Shown here: positions 55,903-64,000 of the stretch, in pieces | Numbering within the stretch: the stretch's first letter is position 1 | Layout: every line of letters begins with the position of its first letter | Virus record (IMG/VR): IMGVR_UViG_3300036820_000012 | Coordinates: 1-64,000 of that record | Source of the DNA: a virus | Length of the DNA stretch: 64,000 bases | Strand: one strand, 5' to 3' | Position numbers and translations under genes: made by a program | The notes under the pieces: model-generated | What the model was told of the DNA's origin: nothing | The model's input: only the letters and a program-made list of their open reading frames with translations | The model's database searches: none

Positions 55903-55915
55903 CCTGATGTCCGTT

Positions 55916-57187
55916 TCAGTACCCGCTTATCCCGTTCTCCAAGGTGATCTGCACAGCGCCCCACCCGCCCGAGTTGCCCACGTTCACGGTGTTACCTCCC
56001 AAAATACCTGAGGTTTGGTACCCGAAGGTGGTTTTGCCCGGTGTGAGCTGCGCCTTGTTAAATGCCCCGATGTGGGCCGCCACGGAGAACGACACGAGAC
56101 CCGACCCGCTGCCCCCGTTGCTGGTTGTCCACAAAAGGGTAGGTTGTACATTATTGATGTAGTTCAGGAGGGCACTCTGATCTACCGCCGGCGAGTACAG
56201 GAGGTCAAATGTCCCATCTAGGGGACCTCGTGCTATTACGTACGGGGCTTCCTGTCCGTCGATAGCCGGAATTGGCTCGACATCGCGGGTCAAAGTGACC
56301 GTCCATTCGGCCACATTGTAGATAGATGTGCCCCCAACGGTGGATGTGCCTTTCCACGCAGGGATCGCCCGCACCGAGGACAGGGTGGGAGTCACCGCCG
56401 ATGCTGGTGCCTGCTGCGGCCAGCCTGTGAAGCTGCCAGACCACATCAAAAGCCCCGTAGCTGCACCAGTCAGCTTAAGCTGTGACATGCAGCAGTACGG
56501 GTACTGGTCGGTGTAGTAGTTCGCGGATCCGCCCGTCTGGTTCCGGTCCAGGATCGCGTGGCTCGGTGGCTGGCCTGAGATGTTCCCCGTTGCCGACGCC
56601 GGGTTCAGCGTCGAAAACACGTGCGTAAAGGGAGCTACTACGGTCGTAACGGTCACGGCTGACGCGTGCGCGAACCGGATCGGCGTCGTCGCCGCGACCA
56701 CGATGGAGGTGACCCCAGACCCGGTCCCCACCGTCACGATCTCGGCGAGGCTGCCGGTGTCGATCTGGATGTAGGTGCCGGCCGTGGCGGCGGTACCGGT
56801 GGTAACGGCGATCGGGCCGGCGCCGGGAGTGAGCGCGCTGGAGGTCGTCCAGGTCGGCGTGCTCGCGGTGCCGGTGTCCGTCCAGTCGCCGAGCATGTTG
56901 GCCAGGATGTGGCCGATGGTGTCGCCGAACAGGGGCGAGTCCGGGACCGTCATCTCAGTCCAGAACGCGGCAGGCTGAATGTCGAAGATCGACGTCATCG
57001 CGCCGCGGAGTCCCTTGTCCTCCACATAGTTCAGCTTCGGATCTGGGGCAAATCCGGCAACTGGGACTTCCACGTACCCTGCGGTCGGCGGCTGCCCGTA
57101 CCCGGCCAGTTCGCGTGCGATGCCGAGGTACCGCTCTGCAGGCGGGAAGATTGGGCTCGGAACGGCCAGGTTGCTCACGGAAACCAC
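55916..57187 (-). CDS. major tail (tube) protein 1
   Basis: LGIA.E, D..LRG, D..G..L....G, H.F; position before chaperone. Confidence 0.85.
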   Translation of the reverse strand: MVSVSNLAVPSPIFPPAERYLGIARELAGYGQPPTAGYVEVPVAGFAPDPKLNYVEDKGLRGAMTSIFDIQPAAFWTEMTVPDSPLFGDTIGHILANMLGDWTDTGTASTPTWTTSSALTPGAGPIAVTTGTAATAGTYIQIDTGSLAEIVTVGTGSGVTSIVVAATTPIRFAHASAVTVTTVVAPFTHVFSTLNPASATGNISGQPPSHAILDRNQTGGSANYYTDQYPYCCMSQLKLTGAATGLLMWSGSFTGWPQQAPASAVTPTLSSVRAIPAWKGTSTVGGTSIYNVAEWTVTLTRDVEPIPAIDGQEAPYVIARGPLDGTFDLLYSPAVDQSALLNYINNVQPTLLWTTSNGGSGSGLVSFSVAAHIGAFNKAQLTPGKTTFGYQTSGILGGNTVNVGNSGGWGAVQITLENGISGY

Positions 57188-57266
57188 CCGTTTCTGTCAG
57201 TCAATGGGCAGGTGGGATAGCCGGGCCGGGCCATTGCCGTCCGGTAGGTCTGCGGGGAGGTGCAGG

Positions 57267-57614
57267 TCAGGCGCCGTCAGTGCCGCTGGGCAGCGCGGAG
57301 GCGAGCGGGGGCGGCGTCACGGGCCTGGGCGCAAGTGGCGGCAGGGCCGCAGCCGCAGGAGCGCTCTCAGCCGCTTCCGGCTCCGGGTCAGCCAGCCGCT
57401 TGGGCAGCGGCCCGTCACTGGCGAACCAGTCAGCGGTTGGGGCGGGGAACCACCAGGCGCGCTCGTCAGCGTCTTCCGGAGGTGTGGCGCCGAAGGGAGC
57501 GTCGAACTCGCGCTCAGCACCGGGCTCGACGTAGCCCACGATGTCCGCGTGAGCGTCCCGGGACTCAGGAAAATTGGAGGCTACGCAGCCGCAGAAGGTG
57601 AAACTGCTGGGCAT
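57267..57614 (-). CDS. hypothetical structural-region protein
   Basis: AGGAGG RBS; Pro-rich tail. Confidence 0.6.
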   Translation of the reverse strand: MPSSFTFCGCVASNFPESRDAHADIVGYVEPGAEREFDAPFGATPPEDADERAWWFPAPTADWFASDGPLPKRLADPEPEAAESAPAAAALPPLAPRPVTPPPLASALPSGTDGA

Positions 57615-57663
57615 GACGGCCTCCTGGGGCTAAAGAGCGGCAGCGAGTGGGACGATGGCGCGC

Positions 57664-58062
57664 ATGGTCACTGATGAGCAGGTGGCGTTCCTGCGGGACC
57701 GGTTCAGCGAGGACGAGGCGTCCGCGAAGGCTGCATGCCTGTTTGGCAGCGGGAACTGGGTGCAGGATGACCCCGGCCGGTATCCGGGCCACATTGACTC
57801 CGACACCGGCACTGTCACCTACGACGAGGGTTCACCGACCCACGATCAGGCTGCGCACATCGCCCGCCATAACCCGGCGCGGGTGCTGCGCGATGTGGAG
57901 GTCTGGCGCAGGATCCTGCTGGAGTACGGGACCGCAGGCCTGGACGCGAAGTACGCAGGCACCGAGCGGGAGACCGGGTTCCAGCTGGCGCTCAGCTTCG
58001 CCCTGAAGTCCAAGGCCGCGGTCTACAAGGACCACCCGGACTACGGGAGGCTGTTCGGATGA
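57664..58062 (+). CDS. DUF6221-like protein
   Basis: FL..R..EDE, HIARH.PARVL..VE..R, Y..HPDY. Confidence 0.8.
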   Translation: MVTDEQVAFLRDRFSEDEASAKAACLFGSGNWVQDDPGRYPGHIDSDTGTVTYDEGSPTHDQAAHIARHNPARVLRDVEVWRRILLEYGTAGLDAKYAGTERETGFQLALSFALKSKAAVYKDHPDYGRLFG

Positions 58063-58415
58063 GCGAGATGGCGCAGCGCAGCAGCCTGCCCGCGGTACCG
58101 AGCACGCAGAGTTTCGGCGACCTGCTCGGCCGCTACATGTGGGTCCAGGAGGTCGCGATGGACTGGGGCTGGATGAACGGGGTGCTCACGATCCGGGGCA
58201 ACCTGAAGCCCGATCCGGACGCCGCCAGCCCGTCAGCTTTGCGCCGGTCGTTCCTGGACTCGCTAGACGCCGTGATGGCGATCATGGAGGCGGCCGGGGC
58301 GAAGTGGGAGTCGCATCCGGAGGTCGAGATCGTCGGCAGTGCGATTCACAAACTTGGCGGTGGTCAGGAGTTCGCGGGTATCGAGTGCCGCTGCAAGCTG
58401 GAGATCTTCGGCTAG
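58059..58415 (+). CDS. hypothetical protein
   Basis: ATGA coupling, GGAGG RBS. Confidence 0.6.
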   Translation: MSEMAQRSSLPAVPSTQSFGDLLGRYMWVQEVAMDWGWMNGVLTIRGNLKPDPDAASPSALRRSFLDSLDAVMAIMEAAGAKWESHPEVEIVGSAIHKLGGGQEFAGIECRCKLEIFG

Positions 58416-58834
58416 CGCGTCTTCGGCGTCAGGTTGGAAGCGGTGCCGCGCTTGGCGTGCTTGAGCGGCTTGATTTCCTGCGGCGCAGCGATCCGCATCT
58501 CGGTGACCAGGAACCGGAACGTGCCGGTGACGGGCTTGCCGTCCTCGCCCAGGTGCAGCTTCGCGGGCGTGCGGTAGATGGGCTGCCCGTCCTCATCGGT
58601 GAACATGACGACCTCGGCCCAGATGATGCCGCTGGCCTTGGCGTGGAGCGTGATCTCCGAGATGGTCGTGACCGGGCCGTCAGCGTTGAAGGGCGCGACG
58701 CCCCACCCGGCGATGGCCCATCTGGTGCCCCGCGCATGAACCGGCCACTCGATTCCGATCTCGCCGATGGCGTCGTCCCACTCGTGCGCCTGGACTAGGT
58801 CGTCGTCTGCCACGGCTGCTGCGCTCTCAGGCAT
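58412..58834 (-). CDS. hypothetical protein
   Basis: GGGAGG RBS before ATG 58834. Confidence 0.65.
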   Translation of the reverse strand: MPESAAAVADDDLVQAHEWDDAIGEIGIEWPVHARGTRWAIAGWGVAPFNADGPVTTISEITLHAKASGIIWAEVVMFTDEDGQPIYRTPAKLHLGEDGKPVTGTFRFLVTEMRIAAPQEIKPLKHAKRGTASNLTPKTR

Positions 58835-58872
58835 GAGACCTCCCAGGTGGCGTGACGTGCGACGATGGCGAA

Positions 58873-59313
58873 ATGAGCGAAACCGAAGCGCTGCCAGCCG
58901 GAACGACCGTCTACTTCTGCCCGCTGTGCGGATGGTCGCATCCCCAGTTGCCGCCGACTGAGCAGGAACTGATGGAGGCTGCAGCGGACCCGATCGTGAC
59001 CTACCTGCACCGCAAGTTCCGCGATGTGGAGGCCGCGGTTGAGGCGCACCTGAACACGCACGGCCTGCTCGACTGGCTGAACGAGGTGAGCCGTCTGCGG
59101 TCAGAGCTGGACGCCTCGCAGGAGGCATTCCGCCGGCTGGAGGTGGAGAGGCAGAACGGGGAACGCGACGCCGCAATGGTTGCGGCCGTCCTGACGCGCA
59201 AGCTTGGCGGGACCGTGCTGGTGACCGACCTCGACCTCGTTCAGGAGAGCGCGGCGCTCGTGCGGGTTCCTGAACCGCACGGCTTCACGCTCACCATCGT
59301 GAGTCACCCGTAG
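58873..59313 (+). CDS. C2H2-like Zn-finger plus coiled-coil protein
   Basis: CPLCGW...HLNTH. Confidence 0.65.
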   Translation: MSETEALPAGTTVYFCPLCGWSHPQLPPTEQELMEAAADPIVTYLHRKFRDVEAAVEAHLNTHGLLDWLNEVSRLRSELDASQEAFRRLEVERQNGERDAAMVAAVLTRKLGGTVLVTDLDLVQESAALVRVPEPHGFTLTIVSHP

Positions 59314-60458
59314 GCGTCCTGCACGTAGTTGAGCAGCGTCGCCGTGAACGCCGCCCCGCCTGCTGGCTGCGCGATCCCGGCCAGCGAGTACGTGGCGGAA
59401 AGGTAGTTTCCGGTCGTGATCGGCTCGCCTGTCAGCCACCCGGAGCGCGGCATCGTCAGCGTGACCGAGCAGCCCCCGGCGAGGACGGGCTGCACCAGCG
59501 AGTGAACGACGGGGTCCTGCGTGTTGCCCCAGAAGTTGTCGAAATCGTCCGTGTTCTCAAAGATCGCCGTGTACGTCCCGTCCGCCTGCAGCGGCCCCGG
59601 CCAGATGCCAAGCGGCTGCTGACTGTTGGCGATGACGGGGCAGATGCCCAGGTCCCGGTGCAGGGTCAGGTCCATCTGCTGGCCACGGGTTGACGCGCCG
59701 CCCCCGGTGGTGACCGCCCACGCCCACCCGTAAGCAGGCTGAGCGGACGTCCCTTCCCAGGCGAAGGTCTCCACCGCAGCAGGCGGGAAGCCGGACGCGC
59801 TCGCGGTGAGCTTCGCCATCCCGTCGCTGCCGATCTTCACCGCCAGCGAGGAGACGACGGTCCCTGGCCAGCCGAGCGGTCCCGTGCCGTCGTCCATCGT
59901 CAGGCTCCAGCGGGGCCAGGAGAACGTCGGCCCTTCGGAGTTCTGCGTGAACACGTGCTGGCTCTGCGAGACCGCCGTGTCGCCGTCAGGGTGGGCGAAC
60001 CGCAGCGGCGTGGTCAGCGGCACCGTGTACGGCCCGGAACCTGTCGGAGTGCCTGCCTGCGCGTACTCCAGCGCGGCACCGGAGCCGAGCATGAGCACCG
60101 CGCCAGCGGCAGGCTCAGCGGCGAGGGAGACAGCCTCAGCGCCTGCGCTCGCCGCCGCCGTGAGCGTGGTGGTGATGCCGGGGGTGCAGTCGTCCGGCCC
60201 GATGACGCTGGCCAGCCAGAAGCCGATCAGGTCCGGGTACAGGCCGCTGGGGATGACCCACTCCGACCATGCCGGGCCCTGGAGCAGGTCCTGGAGCTCG
60301 GAGTCGCTGCCGCGCAGCGCGATGTCCCGCAGGGGGGTGATGACCTGCTTGTACTTGGCACCGGAGGAGAAGATCACCGGGAACGTGGGGAGTTCGTAGA
60401 CGCCGGGGACGGACTCAGCGGCGATGCCGAGCTTGGCCGTGCGGCTCAGCACCGACAC
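59304..60458 (-). CDS. second tail-tube-like protein (paralog of 55916-57187)
   Basis: LGIA.E, D.ALRG, D.IG..L...G, P.RFAH, HVF, GPL..DG motifs shared. Confidence 0.8.
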   Translation of the reverse strand: MSVLSRTAKLGIAAESVPGVYELPTFPVIFSSGAKYKQVITPLRDIALRGSDSELQDLLQGPAWSEWVIPSGLYPDLIGFWLASVIGPDDCTPGITTTLTAAASAGAEAVSLAAEPAAGAVLMLGSGAALEYAQAGTPTGSGPYTVPLTTPLRFAHPDGDTAVSQSQHVFTQNSEGPTFSWPRWSLTMDDGTGPLGWPGTVVSSLAVKIGSDGMAKLTASASGFPPAAVETFAWEGTSAQPAYGWAWAVTTGGGASTRGQQMDLTLHRDLGICPVIANSQQPLGIWPGPLQADGTYTAIFENTDDFDNFWGNTQDPVVHSLVQPVLAGGCSVTLTMPRSGWLTGEPITTGNYLSATYSLAGIAQPAGGAAFTATLLNYVQDAYG

Positions 60459-60487
60459 GGCGGCCTCCCGGCGCTATCGTGGCGGCC

Positions 60488-60892
60488 ATGACCGCGAGCA
60501 CGAGGATTGACAACCCGCTTGAGCTGCACTCGGCTTGCGTGCCGTGGCTCGGCCATTCATCACAGGTCAGGGTGCCGTGGCTCGGTGCCGTGACGGGCTA
60601 CATCCCTGCGACAGTCGTCTCACTTGCCGGCAACGTTGAGCCGGGCGATGGCGCGGACATGACCAGTGCCGGTGTGGCGCGACTGCACCTGCTGACGCGC
60701 GCCCACGAACTGATCACGTTCCTGGCCGCCAGCGGCTGGGTGCTGAACGACGCTCCCGTGATGGACTTCCGCGGTCACCTTGAGAGTGGCCGCTGGACTA
60801 TCGGCGGCGAGATGGCCGAGCCGCCTCAGGAGTACGGCATCTGCCTGTCGGTGAGCCTTGAGTTGATCGCGAGCGGACTCCACCGGGTGTAA
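60488..60892 (+). CDS. hypothetical protein, probably leaderless
   Basis: TATCGT 7 nt before ATG. Confidence 0.55.
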   Translation: MTASTRIDNPLELHSACVPWLGHSSQVRVPWLGAVTGYIPATVVSLAGNVEPGDGADMTSAGVARLHLLTRAHELITFLAASGWVLNDAPVMDFRGHLESGRWTIGGEMAEPPQEYGICLSVSLELIASGLHRV

Positions 60893-60943
60893 CCTTCCCG
60901 CCAGCGCGCAACGGGGGAACGTCAGCCGCGCCAGGGGGAGAAC

Positions 60944-61273
60944 ATGAACGCTGACATCAAGCCGCGCCGCAGTAACCAGCGGTGGCCCATCGTGGACGTG
61001 ATCGCCGGGGGCGTACTCGTGCTCGCCCGGCTGATCGCGCCAGGGGTTCCGGGGCTGGTCTTCAGGGACAGCATCAGCCAGGTGCAGGGCATCTGCGCGT
61101 CGAACTTAGGGACGTTAGCCCAGACCGCTGACTCATCGGTTGCGCATGGCTGCGCGAATGCATCCACCGCGATGACCGTGCTCAACGTCGCCGCCGCAGT
61201 CGGCGTCCTGCTGCTGGCAGTCGGGGGCGCGAACCTGCTGCTCAGGGCGATCCGGCAGGCCCAGCACGGCTAG
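60944..61273 (+). CDS. 2-TM membrane protein
   Basis: GGGGGAG RBS; two TM flanking a loop with two Cys. Confidence 0.7.
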   Translation: MNADIKPRRSNQRWPIVDVIAGGVLVLARLIAPGVPGLVFRDSISQVQGICASNLGTLAQTADSSVAHGCANASTAMTVLNVAAAVGVLLLAVGGANLLLRAIRQAQHG

Positions 61274-61785
61274 CCGTTCACCTCGAAGTCGTCACCCTTG
61301 TAGACGACGGACGCCAGAAGCGAGTTGGACTGCGGGATCGTGACCGATGGGTCCTGCTTCTCGTAGGTGACCGTGCGCGGGTTCTCGGCGACGGACAGGA
61401 ACCTGCCGCCGTGGCTCTTGTCGCCGAGCGGCCCCCGGATCCGCTCGATCAGCAGCGCCGCGGCGTTGTCGAGGTTCTGCTGTTCCGTCTCCGGGATGCG
61501 GCTGGTTCCGCTCGCGCCCGCCGTTGCGCCTTGTGCCTTGAGCGGCCACAGAAGCGTCAGGACGAACGTGTACTGGGGCCGGATGCGCTGGTTCGAGACG
61601 CGGGGGTCGGCGACCGGCCGGGCGTCCACGTAGATGCCGTGCTTGTTCTTTGCGAGGTGGGCACCGGGCCAGTACGCCTGCACCACGTCCCACGGGCCAC
61701 CGTCTTCGGCGAGCAGCGATGGGAGCGAGTCGGTCGCCGTCTGGAGCCAGGCCGCCTCGCGGGCAGCGGCGTCAGCCGTTGTCAA
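61270..61785 (-). CDS. tail terminator-like protein
   Basis: TTG start overlapping upstream stop; I..RIRG...D.SHGG.F.SV.E; position. Confidence 0.7.
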   Translation of the reverse strand: MTTADAAAREAAWLQTATDSLPSLLAEDGGPWDVVQAYWPGAHLAKNKHGIYVDARPVADPRVSNQRIRPQYTFVLTLLWPLKAQGATAGASGTSRIPETEQQNLDNAAALLIERIRGPLGDKSHGGRFLSVAENPRTVTYEKQDPSVTIPQSNSLLASVVYKGDDFEVNG

Positions 61786-62447
61786 GCCCGGCCCCAGTTC
61801 GTCAGGATCGCCACGGCGTCCGCGTGCAGCGCGCCCGGGTCGTGACCGGGGCCATCGGCTTCCGGGTCGAGCTCGCGGATGATGATCTCCGCCGTCAGCA
61901 GCTTGTTCGCCCGCACCAGCGGAGCCGGGACGGCCACCGTGTAGCCGCCGGAGTAGGTGCAGCGGACCCGTGAGCCGATGGGGATGAACTGGCCGAGCTG
62001 GAACCACAGATGCCCTGTGTCGTCCGGCCCGTCGAGGATCTGCGACGGGATCAGCGTCTCGGTGCCGCCGTAGGAGCGGATGATCTCCACGGTCAGGCCC
62101 GAGTAGGCCCACATGTCCTGGTAGCGCGGCGGGTGCTCGTGCAGCCAGGCGTGCCGCACCAGCGTCACCGCGCCGAGCGTTGTCGCGTAGGACAGGCCGA
62201 GGGTGCCCTGGATGTCCATCGGGATGTTCGCCGACTCGGCGTACTCGTCGGGGTCCAGGGCTGAGGCGCGAAGGGTCTCGGTGATGGTGAACGGCGCCAG
62301 GCGCCGCTCGGTCAGGTCCTCACAGGCCCGCGTCCCCTCGAGCAGGAAGTCCTGCAGCGCTTCCGGCTCAATGGCCGACGCCAGGTCGCTGAATGGCCCG
62401 ATGCCGAAGTCGGCGAGAGACGCGAGGCTGGTACCGGGGTCGCCCAC
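61782..62447 (-). CDS. head-to-tail connector/adaptor
   Basis: L...TR.CE....RRL, R.TY.GGY...P..L; position after capsid. Confidence 0.78.
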   Translation of the reverse strand: MGDPGTSLASLADFGIGPFSDLASAIEPEALQDFLLEGTRACEDLTERRLAPFTITETLRASALDPDEYAESANIPMDIQGTLGLSYATTLGAVTLVRHAWLHEHPPRYQDMWAYSGLTVEIIRSYGGTETLIPSQILDGPDDTGHLWFQLGQFIPIGSRVRCTYSGGYTVAVPAPLVRANKLLTAEIIIRELDPEADGPGHDPGALHADAVAILTNWGRA

Positions 62448-62472
62448 GCCAGCCTCCCGCTGCTGCTAGGTG

Positions 62473-62712
62473 CTACGGCTTCGCGGCAGGCTTGGCCGGC
62501 GCTGGCTCAGCCTTGACCGCTGGTGCGGCCGGTGCCTGCTTTGGCGCTGGCGCGGCGGCCTTTGCCTCGTCCTCAGTGGCCACGGAGTACCCGCCGCCGC
62601 GGATGCCGAGCAGCGACCGGGCCAGGTCGCCAGGGACTTCCTCCACGTCGCCGTCGTGTTTCCAGGTGATGCCCTCGACGGTCGAGCCGCCCTTGTCCTT
62701 GCGCAGCAGCAC
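62473..62712 (-). CDS. small capsid-adjacent protein
   Basis: AGGAAGG RBS; Ala/Pro/Lys tail. Confidence 0.65.
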   Translation of the reverse strand: MLLRKDKGGSTVEGITWKHDGDVEEVPGDLARSLLGIRGGGYSVATEDEAKAAAPAPKQAPAAPAVKAEPAPAKPAAKP

Positions 62713-62735
62713 AGCAGGCGCCTTCCTGATCTGGT

Positions 62736-62778
62736 GACCGCGCAGGTCCCGGCGGCTGAAGCCGGGACCTGCGCGGTC
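62736..62778 (-). terminator. 18-bp perfect stem-loop after capsid gene
   Basis: GACCGCGCAGGTCCCGGC/GCCGGGACCTGCGCGGTC; no U-tract. Confidence 0.65.
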
Positions 62779-62783
62779 GGGGC

Positions 62784-64000
62784 TTACACGCTGACGGAGA
62801 CGCGGTACAGGCGCCCGAGGAACTTCAGCGCGCGGACCGCGAAGGTCGTGTCACCGATCAGGGCGTACGGCAGCGTGTCCGGCGAACTGGTCGTCGGGTA
62901 CACGTCCAGGGGAACGGCCTCGCGGACGTACGGGCGCACGACGTTGCCCGGGTCGCGGCTGATCAGGTAGAGGTTCTCCTGGCCGACCGAGGGCGGCAGC
63001 ATGGCCGCGACCGTCCCGATGTAGGCCGTGGGCAGGATCGACGGCACAACCGACCCGCTGGACTGCTGCGGGATGAGCGCCGCGCCAGTGTCCACGATCT
63101 GGTTGGTGAGGATCTGCGTCACGCCATCGGACTGCAGGCCCACCGTGGCGTCCACGTAGCCGAGGAACGTCTCGCTGCCCGACGCGCCAGCGGCTGCGGT
63201 GCGCCACACCTTGTACAACTGAGGCGCCAGGCCATCGAGGCCGGTCGGCGGGGTGAACGACAGCACCGCGGCGTTGCCGGTCGTGACCGCCTGCGACACC
63301 TCGACCGAGGGCGCGATCTCGCCCTGGCGGGCGATGATGGCGCTGACCTGGTACTTATACGTGGCGTTCAGCGTCGCCCCGGAGTACGTCGCGGTGGACG
63401 GGGTGACCGTGCCGACCGAGTAGCCGCGCATCGCCTGGAACGACGACTTGACGATCGGGACGTTGCGGTAGGACGGGACGATCAGGCCCGCCTCGACTTC
63501 CACCTGGTCCACGAACCGCTGCTGGTTGGTGAGCAGCTGCGAGATCTTGGACTGGCCGGTGGACGAGGTGACGAACATCCACGAGTCGTCCTGGATGGGC
63601 ATGGCGGCATTGGACTCCACCATGTCGATGAGCTCATCGAGGAACGCCAGGGTCAGCGTGTTGCCGGCCTTGTCGATGACGTTCTGGGTGCCGCCGCTGA
63701 AGGTGTTGATGAGCGTGTCGAGACCGTCGAACTGCGGCTGCGCCTGGTTGAGCGTCGCCGCTGCGTTGCCCCAGCCGATGAACGTCTCCAGGTCCCAGTA
63801 GTACCCCTTGATGGCGCCCTCGATTTCAGTCGCCCTCAGGTCCTGGATGATCGCCTTGGTCACGGCTTCCGCGTAGCCCGTGACGGCGCCGACCGACTCG
63901 ATGTGCTTCATGTAGTAGTTGAGCTGGGCGTACACCGAGCTCGTAACCGGCCGAGCGCCGCCATCCGGCACCGCGCCACCGGACGGGACCGACGTCCTCT
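62784..64000 (-). CDS. major capsid protein, 5'-truncated by window edge
   Basis: Frame open to edge; QFDGL, LDELID.V, Y..VPI..S HK97-fold motifs; internal beta-sandwich insertion. Confidence 0.85.
   Translation of the reverse strand, partial: RTSVPSGGAVPDGGARPVTSSVYAQLNYYMKHIESVGAVTGYAEAVTKAIIQDLRATEIEGAIKGYYWDLETFIGWGNAAATLNQAQPQFDGLDTLINTFSGGTQNVIDKAGNTLTLAFLDELIDMVESNAAMPIQDDSWMFVTSSTGQSKISQLLTNQQRFVDQVEVEAGLIVPSYRNVPIVKSSFQAMRGYSVGTVTPSTATYSGATLNATYKYQVSAIIARQGEIAPSVEVSQAVTTGNAAVLSFTPPTGLDGLAPQLYKVWRTAAAGASGSETFLGYVDATVGLQSDGVTQILTNQIVDTGAALIPQQSSGSVVPSILPTAYIGTVAAMLPPSVGQENLYLISRDPGNVVRPYVREAVPLDVYPTTSSPDTLPYALIGDTTFAVRALKFLGRLYRVSVSV

Larger units (their letters stand above)
1..64000. 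mobile_element. Temperate actinobacterial siphovirus genome segment (both ends extend beyond the window)
   Basis: Capsid, tail tube, tape measure, tail chaperone frameshift, lysin, serine integrase plus attP, phage recombination/replication genes; high GC; no host housekeeping genes. Confidence 0.96.

Noticed and set aside
1-64000. tRNA, rRNA, CRISPR arrays, immunity repressor, terminase and portal
   Set aside because: None recognised by eye; repressor and packaging genes probably lie outside the window

Overview
The whole window is a segment of a high-GC temperate siphovirus of an actinobacterial host, with no host genes. Intact attP suggests a free or excised form. Two arms converge on the integration region. 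(1) The + strand early arm (1-23.8 kb) has about 55 tightly coupled genes: Rad52/Sak-like annealing protein, Cas4-like exonuclease, m6A and m5C methyltransferases, VRR-NUC, D5-type helicase followed by an iteron-like array, CoiA-like nuclease, HAD phosphatase, MazG-like pyrophosphatase and many small unknowns. (2) A minus-strand recombination block encodes a GIY-YIG protein, a FimB-like tyrosine recombinase and a large serine integrase, next to a 52-bp attP. (3) A + strand accessory block lies beside attP (27.5-29.9 kb). (4) The minus-strand late arm runs capsid (truncated at the window edge), neck, two tail-tube paralogs, frameshifted tail chaperone, tape measure, several tail spikes/fibres and lysis genes. 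Most interesting observations: a duplicated structured leader motif before two attP-proximal genes; an unannotated acidic peptide paired with a possible ADP-ribosyltransferase-like protein; a KcsA-fold protein with a degenerate filter coupled to the endolysin; many probably leaderless antisense mini-genes inside the late operon; direct repeats at gene junctions that delimit exchangeable cassettes; three separate DNA-binding-gene-plus-repeat modules; and homing endonucleases next to replaced gene 3' ends. All protein family calls come from motif recognition by eye, not from database searches.
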